DNA of 64,000 bases from an uncultured Chloroflexia bacterium (GTDB lineage: Bacteria > Chloroflexota > Limnocylindria > Limnocylindrales > CSP1-4), in assembly GCA_963748625.1 (NCBI GenBank), contig CAVVJT010000007.1:960001-1024000 (forward strand), written 5' to 3'. Under the pieces are notes generated by a model, which was given only the letters and a program-made list of their open reading frames with translations, made no database searches and was not told the DNA's origin. A program made the position numbers and the translations under genes. This document shows, piece after piece, positions 1-9,303 of this stretch (within the stretch, counting starts at the first letter, position 1; every line of letters begins with the position of its first letter).

Positions 1-124
1 TCCCGTCCCCGGCGCGCCGTCGAACCTCGCGCCGGACGGCCAGGAACGCCCCCTCGTCGACGCCGCGCCAGGCATGCACGATGTCCGGGGCGGCAGTCTC
101 GAGCGCGTCGATGCGGGGATGCAT
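1..124 (-). CDS. 5' part of a hypothetical protein running off the window edge (MHPRIDALETAAPDIVHAW...)
   Basis: ATG at 124 with an open frame to position 1; a TACCCT -10-like hexamer lies 6 nt upstream, as for other leaderless genes here. Confidence 0.5.
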   Translation of the reverse strand, partial: MHPRIDALETAAPDIVHAWRGVDEGAFLAVRREVRRRAGDG

Positions 125-182
125 GGCTGCAGGGTAGCCGCGCGCGGCGGTCCGCGTTCCGCTGGGGCGACGTGTTCCGCGG

Positions 183-346
183 ATGGACGCCGCGTCCATG
201 AAACGACGGCAGCGGGGGCTGTCCTGACCACCTGAGGTGCTGGTTCGTGGACGCCACGTCCACGATGTGTGCCGTTCGGCGTCGAATCCGCGCCATGCCG
301 GTCAACCACCGGGTCACCAACGAGGATTCACAGACTCCGCGTCCAG
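183..346. repeat. Cluster of 17-bp palindromes, family A (RTGGACG-CCR-CGTCCAY)
   Basis: Copies at 183-199 and 247-263 (perfect arms) and 330-346 (degenerate). Confidence 0.7.
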
Positions 347-400
347 CCCCGGTTGGCCGCGCGGACCGGGCGCATCGGGCGGGCAGCCCGGCGGCGGGCT

Positions 401-539
401 GGCGGATCGGGCCCGGTCGGCGGACCTGACGGCGGCCTCGATCGGGCGGGCGGATCGGGCCCTGTCGGACGGGACCCCACGTTTGGATCGTGGCCAGAGC
501 AGGTCGGACGGGACCCCACGTCCGGATCGTGGTCAGAGC
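401..539. repeat. Short direct repeats at the 3' end of darA
   Basis: 37-bp unit at 464-500 and 503-539 (3 mismatches; second copy contains the darA stop); 20-bp unit at 401-420 and 449-468. Confidence 0.8.
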
Positions 540-862
540 CGCTCGAACCGCTCCACCGGCACCACGAAGACCGTGGCACCGCCCACCTCCACCTCGAGCG
601 GGTAGGGCATGAAGAACTCGCCCGGCTCCATGATCGGCGGCATGGGGTTCACGATCTGCGTCCGCGAGTGGCAGTTCTCGCGCACGATCCCCAGGACCTC
701 GTCGACCTCATCGTCCTCGACGCCCAGCATGACCGTGGCGTTGGACTGCTTGAGGAAGCCCCCGGACGAGTGGAGACGTGTCGCTCGGAAGTCCCGCGCG
801 AGGAGCGCGTCCACGAGCGTCTGCGCGTCTTCGTTGTGCACGATGGCGACGACGAGCTTCAC
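533..862 (-). CDS. darA: Cyclic di-AMP receptor, PII-like (DarA/PstA/YaaQ, DUF970)
   Basis: 109 aa from GTG 862: MKLVVAIVHNEDA...RATRLHSSGGFLKQSNAT...EVEVGGATVFVVPVERF, typical DarA motifs; near tmk as in Firmicutes. Confidence 0.9.
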   Translation of the reverse strand: MKLVVAIVHNEDAQTLVDALLARDFRATRLHSSGGFLKQSNATVMLGVEDDEVDEVLGIVRENCHSRTQIVNPMPPIMEPGEFFMPYPLEVEVGGATVFVVPVERFERL

Positions 863-1022
863 GGACCGCAGCATAGACCACCCCCCGACCCGGTGATCGC
901 CATCCCCACACGGCAGGCGTACCACTCGGGTCGCGGGTGTAGCATGCGGACTCGACGGTCGGGTGGGGCCACCGCAGCCCACGGAGGGGTTCCAGCACCC
1001 TGACCTTCACGCGGAGGAACTC

Positions 1023-2042
1023 GTGACGGACTCCCTGGGTGCCGGAGCCGGCTCCCTGAGCGTGCTCTCGGCAGGCGCGGCCGCTCTCGCCCGCGCCACC
1101 GATCTCGATACCGCGCTGGCCGTCATCGTGGAGGCTGGTGTCGCCGCGACCGGCGCGACCACGGCCGCTGTCTTCGCCCAGGACCCGGATCGCAACAGCC
1201 TGGAGCTGCTGCTCACCCTGGGCATCGCCGATGACGCCGTCGCAGGTTTCGAGGTCGAGGTCACCGGCAATCCCGACCATCCCGTCCATCACGCGGCCCT
1301 GGACCGTTCGGGATCGCTCGGACGGCGTGGCACAACGTCCGACGGCACCACGATGACCGGGGCAGACCTGCCGCTGGTCGTGGCGGCCGGCGGTTCCGTC
1401 GAGGCCTGCGTCGGCGTGCTGACGCTGGGCTGGACCGGCGAGCACGTGGTCGACACGGCCGAGGAGACGCTCCTCGTCGCGCTCGCCGACCTCGTCGCGG
1501 CGGCGATCGCCATGTTCCGGACCTCGTCCATGGCCACCGAGCGCGCGGAGTGGCTGGAGCGGGTTGCCCTGACCGATCCGCTCACCGGCCTGGCCAACGG
1601 CCGCACCGTGGCCCGCGTGCTGGACCTCGAGGTCGCCCGGGCCGAGCGCCAAGGCGGCGAGGTCTCGGTGGCGGTGTTCGACGTGGACAACTTCCGCGAG
1701 CTCAACGCGGCGTCCGGCGCCAGGGCAGGCGACCACGTGCTGCGCCAGGTGGCAGCGACGCTCGCCGTGAGCGTCCGGCTCGTGGACACGATCGGCCGGA
1801 CGGGCGGCGATGAGTTCGTCGTGATCGCGCCCGGGCCCGCAGGCGTGACGGTTGCGCGGCGCGTGCTCGAGGGTGTTGCCAAGCTCGATCCCGTCGAAGG
1901 CACCAGCGTCAGCGTCAGTGCCGGCGTGGCGCGCTACCCCGCCGATGGTCTGGACGCGGAGGCCCTGATCGCCGCGGCCCGCGCCGCGGTTTCGACGATC
2001 AATGGCCAGGCCGCGATCGCGGAGGCCTCCACGGCCGACTGA
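1023..2042 (+). CDS. GAF-GGDEF diguanylate cyclase
   Basis: GGAGGA RBS before GTG 1023; N-terminal GAF-like region; DPLTGLAN, DVDNF, RxxD I-site (RLVD) and intact GGDEF. Confidence 0.9.
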   Translation: MTDSLGAGAGSLSVLSAGAAALARATDLDTALAVIVEAGVAATGATTAAVFAQDPDRNSLELLLTLGIADDAVAGFEVEVTGNPDHPVHHAALDRSGSLGRRGTTSDGTTMTGADLPLVVAAGGSVEACVGVLTLGWTGEHVVDTAEETLLVALADLVAAAIAMFRTSSMATERAEWLERVALTDPLTGLANGRTVARVLDLEVARAERQGGEVSVAVFDVDNFRELNAASGARAGDHVLRQVAATLAVSVRLVDTIGRTGGDEFVVIAPGPAGVTVARRVLEGVAKLDPVEGTSVSVSAGVARYPADGLDAEALIAAARAAVSTINGQAAIAEASTAD

Positions 2043-2131
2043 GTCGCGGGGCCCGTCAGCCGTGAGGCGGTGGGGCCCGACGGCCGACTGAGTCGCGGGG
2101 CCCGTCAGCCGTGAGGCGGTGCCCGTCAGCC
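2031..2131. repeat. Tandem duplication (period 49 bp) between the convergent GGDEF and tmk stops
   Basis: acggccgactgagtcgcggggcccgtcagccgtgaggcggtg at 2031-2072 and 2080-2121, plus a partial third copy carrying the tmk stop. Confidence 0.85.
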
Positions 2132-2773
2132 GCGGGGCAAGCGCCCGTCGAGCCGTCCGAGCGTCGCGACCGCAGCCTCGAGGACCTCGTCGGGCGGCAG
2201 CGTCGCGTCCACGATGGCGTACCGCTCCGGCTCCGCTGCGGCGAACGCCAGGAAGGCCTGCCGCACCCGCTCGTGGTACGCGGTGTCCTGGTAGGCCTCG
2301 AAGCGGGTGATCTCGTCGGACTTGCGGCGCAGGCCCACCTCGACGGGGAGGTCGAGCAGGATCGTCAGGTCCGGAACGAGGCCTCCGGTCGCAAAGTGCT
2401 GGACCGCGCGCAGCTCATCCATCGGCACGCCTGAGCCCACCCCCTGGTACGCCAGCGACGAATCCGCGTAGCGATCGCACACCACGACGGCCCCACGCGC
2501 GAGGGCGGGCTCGATGAGCTCCTCCACATGCTGGGCACGGGCGGCAGCGAACAGCAGCGCATCGGCGCGGCCCGTCCGGTCGATCCTGGGCTCCGTGTCC
2601 AGCACCAGGCTGCGGATCCGCTCGCCGAGCGGCGTGCTGCCTGGCTCGCGCGTCATCACCACGTCAAACCCGCGATCCGCCAGGACGGCAGCGACGCGCG
2701 GCAGCAGGCTGGACTTGCCGGACCCGTCAGGACCCTCGAGGGTGATGAAGACGCCGCGCGCAGGGGTGGTCAC
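2126..2773 (-). CDS. tmk: Thymidylate kinase
   Basis: FITLEGPDGSGKS P-loop, TREPG, CDRYADSSLAYQG, PDLTILLD. Confidence 0.95.
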   Translation of the reverse strand: MTTPARGVFITLEGPDGSGKSSLLPRVAAVLADRGFDVVMTREPGSTPLGERIRSLVLDTEPRIDRTGRADALLFAAARAQHVEELIEPALARGAVVVCDRYADSSLAYQGVGSGVPMDELRAVQHFATGGLVPDLTILLDLPVEVGLRRKSDEITRFEAYQDTAYHERVRQAFLAFAAAEPERYAIVDATLPPDEVLEAAVATLGRLDGRLPRG

Positions 2774-2800
2774 CCGCCGAGTGTATCGGCCGGGACGCGA

Positions 2801-3322
2801 TCAGCCCGCCGTCGTCGCGACGCTCGCCGCCGCGTCCTCGCGCTGCCACGCGTCGAGGTGGGCGACCACCGCATCGATGAGCCCGGGCATCCCGGCCGCC
2901 ACCTCGGGCGTGAGCTCCAGGCCCAACTTGATCGTCTTGGGCTCCAGGCCGATCACGCGCACGCGGCGCGGCCAGGCATCCATCAGGTAGAGGGCCCCAA
3001 GCAGCTCGCCCGCCCCCAGGTCGTGGACGGACATCACCTGCTGCTCCTTGCGCATGAGCGCCGAGCCGTCCAGGTCGATCAGCGTGCCCGGCTCGGCGCC
3101 GGCGTTGATCACGTCCACCACCACGAGCCCCTCGAGATCGGTCAGGTGGGGGATCAATGCGAGCCCCACCGTCCCCCCGTCGATCAGGTCCACGGCCGCC
3201 GGGTCCGGCAGACCGGCGAGGAGGGCGGGCTCGGCGGTGAACCGTTCCACCACGAGCGCGCCAAGCGCCTCGTCGGATTCGATCCGGTTGCCCAGACCCA
3301 GGATCGCGTAGGCGCCGCTCAT
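2801..3322 (-). CDS. Hydrogenase maturation protease (HyaD/HybD family)
   Basis: ILGLGN...DEALG, IDGGT, VVVD, SVHD motifs; ATGA overlap with the upstream gene; last gene of the hydrogenase operon. Confidence 0.9.
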   Translation of the reverse strand: MSGAYAILGLGNRIESDEALGALVVERFTAEPALLAGLPDPAAVDLIDGGTVGLALIPHLTDLEGLVVVDVINAGAEPGTLIDLDGSALMRKEQQVMSVHDLGAGELLGALYLMDAWPRRVRVIGLEPKTIKLGLELTPEVAAGMPGLIDAVVAHLDAWQREDAAASVATTAG

Positions 3323-3756
3323 ACGGCGCTCTCCGCGGCGGAGGGACGCGACTCCACCCTGGCCGGTCCGCTGCCCACGGTGGCCGGCCCCCAGTCCACG
3401 GTGACCTCGACGGCATGGCCGGCCCGGTCGGGCAGGGGGAAGCCGCACTCGGTGCAGAACGGATGGTCGGCGCGGACGTCGTTGGAAGCGTCGCACATCG
3501 CGCAGACGACGGGATCCGCGACGACGGTGATCGGCACACCGGCAAGGCCCCGTTCGCGCAGGGAGACCTCCGCGTAGAGGTACGCCGACTCTGGAGCGAC
3601 GTGCATCGGGTCGTGGACCCGGACGGTCACCCCTACAGGGATGGCGGGGCCTTCGAGGTCCTGGACCCCGGGGTCACCGGGGCCCTGTGGCTCCGAGGGC
3701 GGACCGGCCGCCAGCGCCTCGGCGACGGCGGCGGCCAGCAGCCCTGCCTCATGCAA
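3319..3756 (-). CDS. hypA: Hydrogenase nickel metallochaperone HypA/HybF
   Basis: TTG start giving the MHE N-terminus; two CxxC motifs (CAMC, CTEC). Confidence 0.8.
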   Translation of the reverse strand: MHEAGLLAAAVAEALAAGPPSEPQGPGDPGVQDLEGPAIPVGVTVRVHDPMHVAPESAYLYAEVSLRERGLAGVPITVVADPVVCAMCDASNDVRADHPFCTECGFPLPDRAGHAVEVTVDWGPATVGSGPARVESRPSAAESAV

Positions 3757-4615
3757 TCTCGTCAGCCTCCACGCCCTCGCGGGTCGCCTCGAGGATCTTG
3801 GCCTCGGCCTTGCGGTCGGCGGCAGTCCCGGAATCGAGGTAGCGCTGGGTCCGGGCCTCCTCTTCCGGGCTGTCGCCGAGGAAGCCAAGGGCTTCGAGGG
3901 ATGCCGCAGGCCGGATGTTCTTGTAGCCCGAGAAGATGGAGCTCATGACGCCAGTCCGCTCCTCGATGTCCACCAGGATCGCCGAGTAGACGTGGTGGAT
4001 CGCGAAGGCCAGGAACAGGAACGTGACGATGTAGTGGACGATGCGGACGCCCTGGATGCCCCCGGGCAGGGAGTTGCCCCAGCCGAAGATGGCGTGGACG
4101 ATCCCGTCCTGCATGATCCAGCCGAAGAGCAGCAGGCCGGTCAGGATCTGGGCGAAGAGCCCCACCGAGACCACGCTGTAGGCGAGGCCCGCGAGATGGT
4201 TGTGGCCGGCGTACGGGGCGGGATGGCGACGGCGGAAGGTGTAGTACTTCCCCATCTCCTTCATCCAGCGGAACTGGTCACGCCGGTGGGGGATGATCTG
4301 CCGCCAGCTCGCGAAGCTGTTGCCCACGAAGCCCCAGTAGAACCGGAACCCCACCGAGAGCGTGAACAGGATCGCGAAGATCTCGTGCCAGAAGCGCACC
4401 GTGGCCATCTGGGAGGATGCCTCGATGGGCTTGCTGGGCACGAGGAACGGGGCGTGGATGTAGAACCCGGTGATGGCGAGGGCGACGATCGAGGTGACGA
4501 TCGCCCAGTGCGTGAGGCGGACGGGCAGCTCCCAGACGTAGATCGGGCTGCAGCCCAGGACCGCCTCGTCATCCACGACGATGGGCGGAGCGGAGACCTG
4601 CTGGACCGCCATCAC
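3749..4615 (-). CDS. Ni/Fe-hydrogenase b-type cytochrome subunit (HyaC/CybH)
   Basis: YVWELPVRLTHW, VRFWH, GHNHLA, VRIVHY...IHHVY haem-ligand histidines; four hydrophobic segments. Confidence 0.93.
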   Translation of the reverse strand: MMAVQQVSAPPIVVDDEAVLGCSPIYVWELPVRLTHWAIVTSIVALAITGFYIHAPFLVPSKPIEASSQMATVRFWHEIFAILFTLSVGFRFYWGFVGNSFASWRQIIPHRRDQFRWMKEMGKYYTFRRRHPAPYAGHNHLAGLAYSVVSVGLFAQILTGLLLFGWIMQDGIVHAIFGWGNSLPGGIQGVRIVHYIVTFLFLAFAIHHVYSAILVDIEERTGVMSSIFSGYKNIRPAASLEALGFLGDSPEEEARTQRYLDSGTAADRKAEAKILEATREGVEADEIA

Positions 4616-6324
4616 CGCACCTCCACGCGCACCCGCTCCTTGCCCGAGGCATCCACCACGTGGACCGCGCACGCGAGGCACGGGTCGAACGAGTGGATCG
4701 TCCGGAGGAGCTCGAGCGGCTTCTCCGGGTCCGCGACCGGCGTGCCTTCCAGCGACGCCTCGTACGGGCCCGTCTGGCCCTGCGCGTCGCGCGGGCCGGC
4801 ATTCCAGGTGGACGGCACCACCGCCTGGTAGTTGACGATCTTCTGGTCCTTGATCCGCACCCAGTGGCCCAGGGCGCCACGCGGTGCCTCGTGGAAGCCC
4901 CAGCCCTCGGCCTCAGCCGGCCACGTGGACGGCTCCCACTTCGACGTGTCGGCGATGCGCAGGTCCCCGCTCTCCATGTTCGAGGTGAGGGCCGCGAGCC
5001 ACGTGTCCATCCAGTTGAGGAGGTACGCGCTCTCCAGCGCCCGGGCCGCGACACGGCCGAGCGTCGAGAACAGGGCTGACGGCTGGAGCTTGAGCTCGGT
5101 CAGGGCGCCGTTGACCAGCGCCTGGACGTCCTGGTTGCCGGCCGCGTAGGCGACGAGCAGCCGGGCCAGCGGGCCCACCTCCATCACCTTGCCGTCGTAG
5201 CGCGGCGCCTTGAGCCAGGAGTACGAATCCTCGATGTCGAGCATGTCGTACGGCGGCTGCGGTCCCGTGTAGTTCGGCTTCGTCTCGCCGTCGTACGGGT
5301 GCAGTGCGGCGTCCTTGCCGGCGCCGTAGTCGTAGTAGGAGTGCGCGATCTGCTCGGTGATCTTGGTCTGGTCGAGCGGGTGCAGCGTCCCGATGTCGCC
5401 GTCGAGCACGATGCCCCGCGGGAAGGTGAACTGGCGCTCGTCGTCGCGGAGGCCGTTCTGCATGCCGCCGTAGGCGAGGTAGTTCTTGTGGCCGGCGCCG
5501 TAGCCCCACCACTCGGGGTAGAAGGACGCGACCGCCTTGACATCGGGGATGTAGACCTGCTCCACGAATGTGCGCATCTCGGCGATGCGGGCCTGGAGGA
5601 AGGTCAGCCGCTCCCAGTTGATGACGTTGGGCGAGTTGCCGTCCACCGCGGCAGCCATGCCGCCCACGAGATAGGTCTGCAGATGCGGGTTCTTGCCGCC
5701 CAGCACGGCGTGGACCTTGATGACCTCCCGCTGCCAGGTGAGGGCCTCGAGGTAGTGGGCGACCGCCATGAGATCTGCCTCGGGCGGCAGCTTGTACGCC
5801 GGATGACCCCAGTAGCCGTTGGTGAACAGCGAGAGCTGCCCGGAGGCGACCAGCTTCTCGACGCGCGCCTTGACGCCCCGGAAGTACGTCTCCGATGAGA
5901 GCGGCCAGTCCGAGAGGGATTGCGCGAGCTTGGACGTGGCGGCGGGATCGGCCTTGAGCGCACCGGTCACGTCCACCCAGTCGAGCGCGTGCAGGTGGTA
6001 GAAGTGGATGACGTGGTCCTGGATGTACTGCGCGCCGGAGATCAGGTTCCGGATCAGCTGTGCGTTGGGCGGAACCTCGATGCCCAGCGCGGCCTCGACC
6101 GCGGTGACGGACGTGTTCGCGTGCACCGTGGTGCAGACGCCGCAGATCCGCTGGGCCCAGATCCACGCCTCGCGCGGGTCGCGGCCCTGGAGGATGAGCT
6201 CGAGCCCGCGGAACATGGTCCCCGACGAGTAGGCGGTCTTGACCGCGCCGTTCTCGACCTGGGCCTCGATGCGCAGGTGCCCCTCGATCCGTGTGACGGG
6301 ATCGATGACGATCCGATCGGCCAT
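4612..6324 (-). CDS. Group 1 [NiFe]-hydrogenase large subunit
   Basis: IDPVTRIEGH; L1 motif QRICGVCTTVH; L2 motif SFDPCLACAVH followed by a cleavable tail. Confidence 0.97.
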   Translation of the reverse strand: MADRIVIDPVTRIEGHLRIEAQVENGAVKTAYSSGTMFRGLELILQGRDPREAWIWAQRICGVCTTVHANTSVTAVEAALGIEVPPNAQLIRNLISGAQYIQDHVIHFYHLHALDWVDVTGALKADPAATSKLAQSLSDWPLSSETYFRGVKARVEKLVASGQLSLFTNGYWGHPAYKLPPEADLMAVAHYLEALTWQREVIKVHAVLGGKNPHLQTYLVGGMAAAVDGNSPNVINWERLTFLQARIAEMRTFVEQVYIPDVKAVASFYPEWWGYGAGHKNYLAYGGMQNGLRDDERQFTFPRGIVLDGDIGTLHPLDQTKITEQIAHSYYDYGAGKDAALHPYDGETKPNYTGPQPPYDMLDIEDSYSWLKAPRYDGKVMEVGPLARLLVAYAAGNQDVQALVNGALTELKLQPSALFSTLGRVAARALESAYLLNWMDTWLAALTSNMESGDLRIADTSKWEPSTWPAEAEGWGFHEAPRGALGHWVRIKDQKIVNYQAVVPSTWNAGPRDAQGQTGPYEASLEGTPVADPEKPLELLRTIHSFDPCLACAVHVVDASGKERVRVEVR

Positions 6325-6333
6325 CGTCCGCTC

Positions 6334-7563
6334 CTAGTTCTGGTCCGCGCCGTCGGACGGCGCAGCGGGATCGGACGTGGTCTCGGGGACGACGGTGCCG
6401 TCCGGGGCCACCATCGCTCGGGCTGCGGCCCCGGCCTTCTTCTCGCGATTGCGCCGGATCGCCACGCCGCCCGCATGGACCGCGGTCGCGGCCGCGACGA
6501 AGCCGATCGCGGCGACGCCGATGGTTTGCGCGTCGATGTCCACGCCGAACATCTTCACGTCCGGCAGCCGCCCGTAGAACGGGCTCATCCGCTCCCAGAA
6601 CCGCGGGCCGGCGCAGCCGATACAGCCGTGACCCGCGCCGATCGGCCAGTTGGTGCCGTCGTTCCAGCGGACGATCGGGCAGTTGAACTGGGTCTGCGGT
6701 CCCTTGCAGCCCATCTTGTAGAGACACCAGCCGTTGAGGTGCCCGCTGTCGCCCCACTGCTCCACGTAGCGCCCGGCGTCGAAGTGGGAGCGCCGCTCGC
6801 ACTGGTCATGGATGAGGTGGCCGTACGCGAAGAGGGGCCGGTTGAAGGAGTCGAGCGCAGGGGCCGTGCCGAAGGTGAGGTAGTGGACCAGGACTGCAGC
6901 GGTGTTGGCCACGTTGTGGGGACAGCCGCCGAGGTTGACCAGGGGCTTGTTGCCGATGATGTCGCCGACACCCACGGCGCCCGTGGGACCGAGACGCGGG
7001 AAGCCGCCATCCCAGGCGCATGCGCCCACCGCGATCACGAGTGCCGCGTTGGCCGCCATCTCCTGGAGGATCTGGACGGCGCTCCTGCCGCCGATCGTGC
7101 AGTAGACGCCGTTGTCGGCGGTGGGGATGGAGCCCTCGACGATCAGGACGTACGGGATCTGGCCGTCACGGATCGCGACGAGGTTCTCCTCGGCCTGGTG
7201 GCCGGCGGCCGCCATGATCGTCTCGTGGTACTCCCACGACACGACGTCGAGGACCACGTCGGCGACCGTGGGATGCGAGCTGCGGAGCATCGACTCGCTG
7301 TTGCCCGCGCAGTCCTGGAACTCCAGCCAGCAGACGATCGGCTTCGGCTTGGTCTCCAGCGCATGAACGATCTTGGGCGTCATCGCCTGCGGCAGGGCGA
7401 GCAGCGCGGTCATCGCAGACGCGAAGCCGAGGAACCGGCGGCGGCTGATGCCACGCTCCACGAGCGCGTCCATCAGCCAGTTGTCCGACCGTTCGGGGAC
7501 CGGCGGTGGCGTCGCGCCAAGTCCAGGCAGCGGGCTCATGCCGAGCCCACCGGGATCGCCCAT
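6334..7563 (-). CDS. Group 1 [NiFe]-hydrogenase small subunit with Tat signal and C-terminal membrane anchor
   Basis: GGAGGAG RBS before ATG 7563; SRRRFLG twin-arginine motif; FeS motifs GGCP, HDQCERR, CLYKMGCKGP, WPIGAGHGCIGC; C-terminal TM helix. Confidence 0.96.
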   Translation of the reverse strand: MGDPGGLGMSPLPGLGATPPPVPERSDNWLMDALVERGISRRRFLGFASAMTALLALPQAMTPKIVHALETKPKPIVCWLEFQDCAGNSESMLRSSHPTVADVVLDVVSWEYHETIMAAAGHQAEENLVAIRDGQIPYVLIVEGSIPTADNGVYCTIGGRSAVQILQEMAANAALVIAVGACAWDGGFPRLGPTGAVGVGDIIGNKPLVNLGGCPHNVANTAAVLVHYLTFGTAPALDSFNRPLFAYGHLIHDQCERRSHFDAGRYVEQWGDSGHLNGWCLYKMGCKGPQTQFNCPIVRWNDGTNWPIGAGHGCIGCAGPRFWERMSPFYGRLPDVKMFGVDIDAQTIGVAAIGFVAAATAVHAGGVAIRRNREKKAGAAARAMVAPDGTVVPETTSDPAAPSDGADQN

Positions 7564-7718
7564 GGTTCCTCTCCTCCAGGCCCTGAGCTGGGAACACCGG
7601 TCCCTGGCCGGTGTCCGAACCGCCCGGCGGCGCTGCTCGGCTGTGCGACCCATCGTGGACGCAGGAGCCGATGGTCGTCGGATTGGCGTACTCTCCGCGC
7701 GCGCCACGGGTCTCTACA

Positions 7719-7757
7719 GGGCCGATCGGAGGTGCCCAAGGGGGCCGTTGGGCCCCC
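7719..7757. promoter_or_regulatory. Putative NarL/DosR-like operator(s) upstream of the hydrogenase operon
   Basis: Palindrome GGGGGCC-GTTG-GGCCCCC (7740-7757) and a weaker copy GGGCCGATCGGAGG (7719-7732); near-identical box upstream of the USP gene. Confidence 0.45.
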
Positions 7758-7860
7758 AGCAGCGTCACGGCCATGGCCACCGCCCCGGAGCCGGCATGAG
7801 CCCGATAGGGCACCCGCCCCATATCAGCGCAACCGGGCACCCGGTGTACCCTCGGCCTCG

Positions 7861-9303
7861 ATGCGCGATCTCACCAGCCGTGCCCTCGACACGGCAACCG
7901 CGCTGGGCGCGACCTACGCGGATGTGCGGGTCGTCCGGCGCCTCGAGGAGTCGATCACCATCAAGTCCGCCCGCGTCGAAGGCGTCGCCGGCGGCGAGAC
8001 CGAGGGCTTCGGCGTCCGCGTGATCGTGGACGGCGCGTGGGGCTTCGCCTCGAGCCACCACCTCTCGCCCGCGGAGGCCGACCGCATCGCCGGCGAGGCC
8101 GTCCGCATCGCGAAGGCGAGCGCCACGGCGATCCGGCGACCGGTCATCCTTGACGACCGCCCGCCCGCGCACGGCCGCTTCGAAGGGCCGGTCGGGATCG
8201 ATCCGTTCACCGTCCCCCTGGACCGCAAGATCGCGCATCTGCTCGCCGCCGACCGCGCCATGAACGCCGTCAGTGGCATCGCCTGGACCGAGACCGTCTA
8301 CAGCGCCCAGCGCGAGGAGAAGACCTTCGCGGCCAGCGACGGCTCGTACACGGAGCAGGTCATCACGCACATCGGCGCGGGCCTGGAGGCCAACGCGGTC
8401 GAAGGCGACGAGCACCAGCGCCGCTCCTACCCGGACAACGGCGGCCTGTGGGCCAGCGCAGGCTGGGAGTTCATCGAGGGCCTGCACCTCGAGGACAACG
8501 CGGAGCGCGTCGCGTCGGAGGCGGTCGAGCTGCTGAGCGCCCCGCCCCTCCCCGCCGGCACCCGGACCATCGTGCTCCACCCGTCGCAGCTGTACATGCA
8601 GGTCCACGAGAGCTGCGGCCACCCCACCGAGCTCGATCGCGCGTTCGGCACCGAGGCCAGCTACGCCGGCACCAGCTTCCTGCTGCCGGACATGCTCGAC
8701 ACCTTCCGCTACGGCTCGGACCTGGTGGACATCGTCGCCGACGCCACCGTCCCGGGCGGCCTGGGCACCTTCGGCTGGGACGACGAGGGCGTGGTCGCCC
8801 AGCAGGTCCCCCTGGTCAAGGAGGGCATGTTCACCGGCTACCTGTCGTCGCGCGAGACCGCGCCCAGGATCGGCCGCCGGTCCGGCGGGGCCATGCGCGC
8901 CGACGGCTGGAACCGCATCCCGCTGATCCGCATGACCAACGTCAACCTGCTGCCCAAGCCCGGCATGACCTTCGACCAGATCATCGCCGACACGGACGAC
9001 GGCCTCCTGTTCGAGACCAACCGCTCCTGGTCCATCGACGACCGCCGCCTCAACTTCCAGTTCTCCACCGAGATCTGCCGTGAGATCAAGGGCGGCAAAC
9101 CCGGCCGCCTGTTCCGCAACGGCACCTACACCGGGATCACCTACGAGCTGTGGCGCTCGATGGATGCCGTGGGCGACGCCTCCTCCTGGTCGATGTGGGC
9201 GACACCCAACTGCGGCAAGGGCGAGCCGTCACAGGGAGGACATGTCGGGCACGGCGTGTCCGGCGCCCGGTTCCGCAACGTGCGCGTGGGGGTGGTCGCA
9301 TGA
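7861..9303 (+). CDS. tldD: TldD metalloprotease subunit
   Basis: GFGVRVIVDGAWGFAS, HESCGHPTE (HExxxH), WDDEGV, IRMTN, CGKG. Confidence 0.93.
   Translation: MRDLTSRALDTATALGATYADVRVVRRLEESITIKSARVEGVAGGETEGFGVRVIVDGAWGFASSHHLSPAEADRIAGEAVRIAKASATAIRRPVILDDRPPAHGRFEGPVGIDPFTVPLDRKIAHLLAADRAMNAVSGIAWTETVYSAQREEKTFAASDGSYTEQVITHIGAGLEANAVEGDEHQRRSYPDNGGLWASAGWEFIEGLHLEDNAERVASEAVELLSAPPLPAGTRTIVLHPSQLYMQVHESCGHPTELDRAFGTEASYAGTSFLLPDMLDTFRYGSDLVDIVADATVPGGLGTFGWDDEGVVAQQVPLVKEGMFTGYLSSRETAPRIGRRSGGAMRADGWNRIPLIRMTNVNLLPKPGMTFDQIIADTDDGLLFETNRSWSIDDRRLNFQFSTEICREIKGGKPGRLFRNGTYTGITYELWRSMDAVGDASSWSMWATPNCGKGEPSQGGHVGHGVSGARFRNVRVGVVA

Noticed and set aside
5920-7860. 1127-aa ORF implying a giant TldD fusion
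   Set aside because: The upstream part is the antisense shadow of the hydrogenase genes; TldD homology starts at ATG 7861
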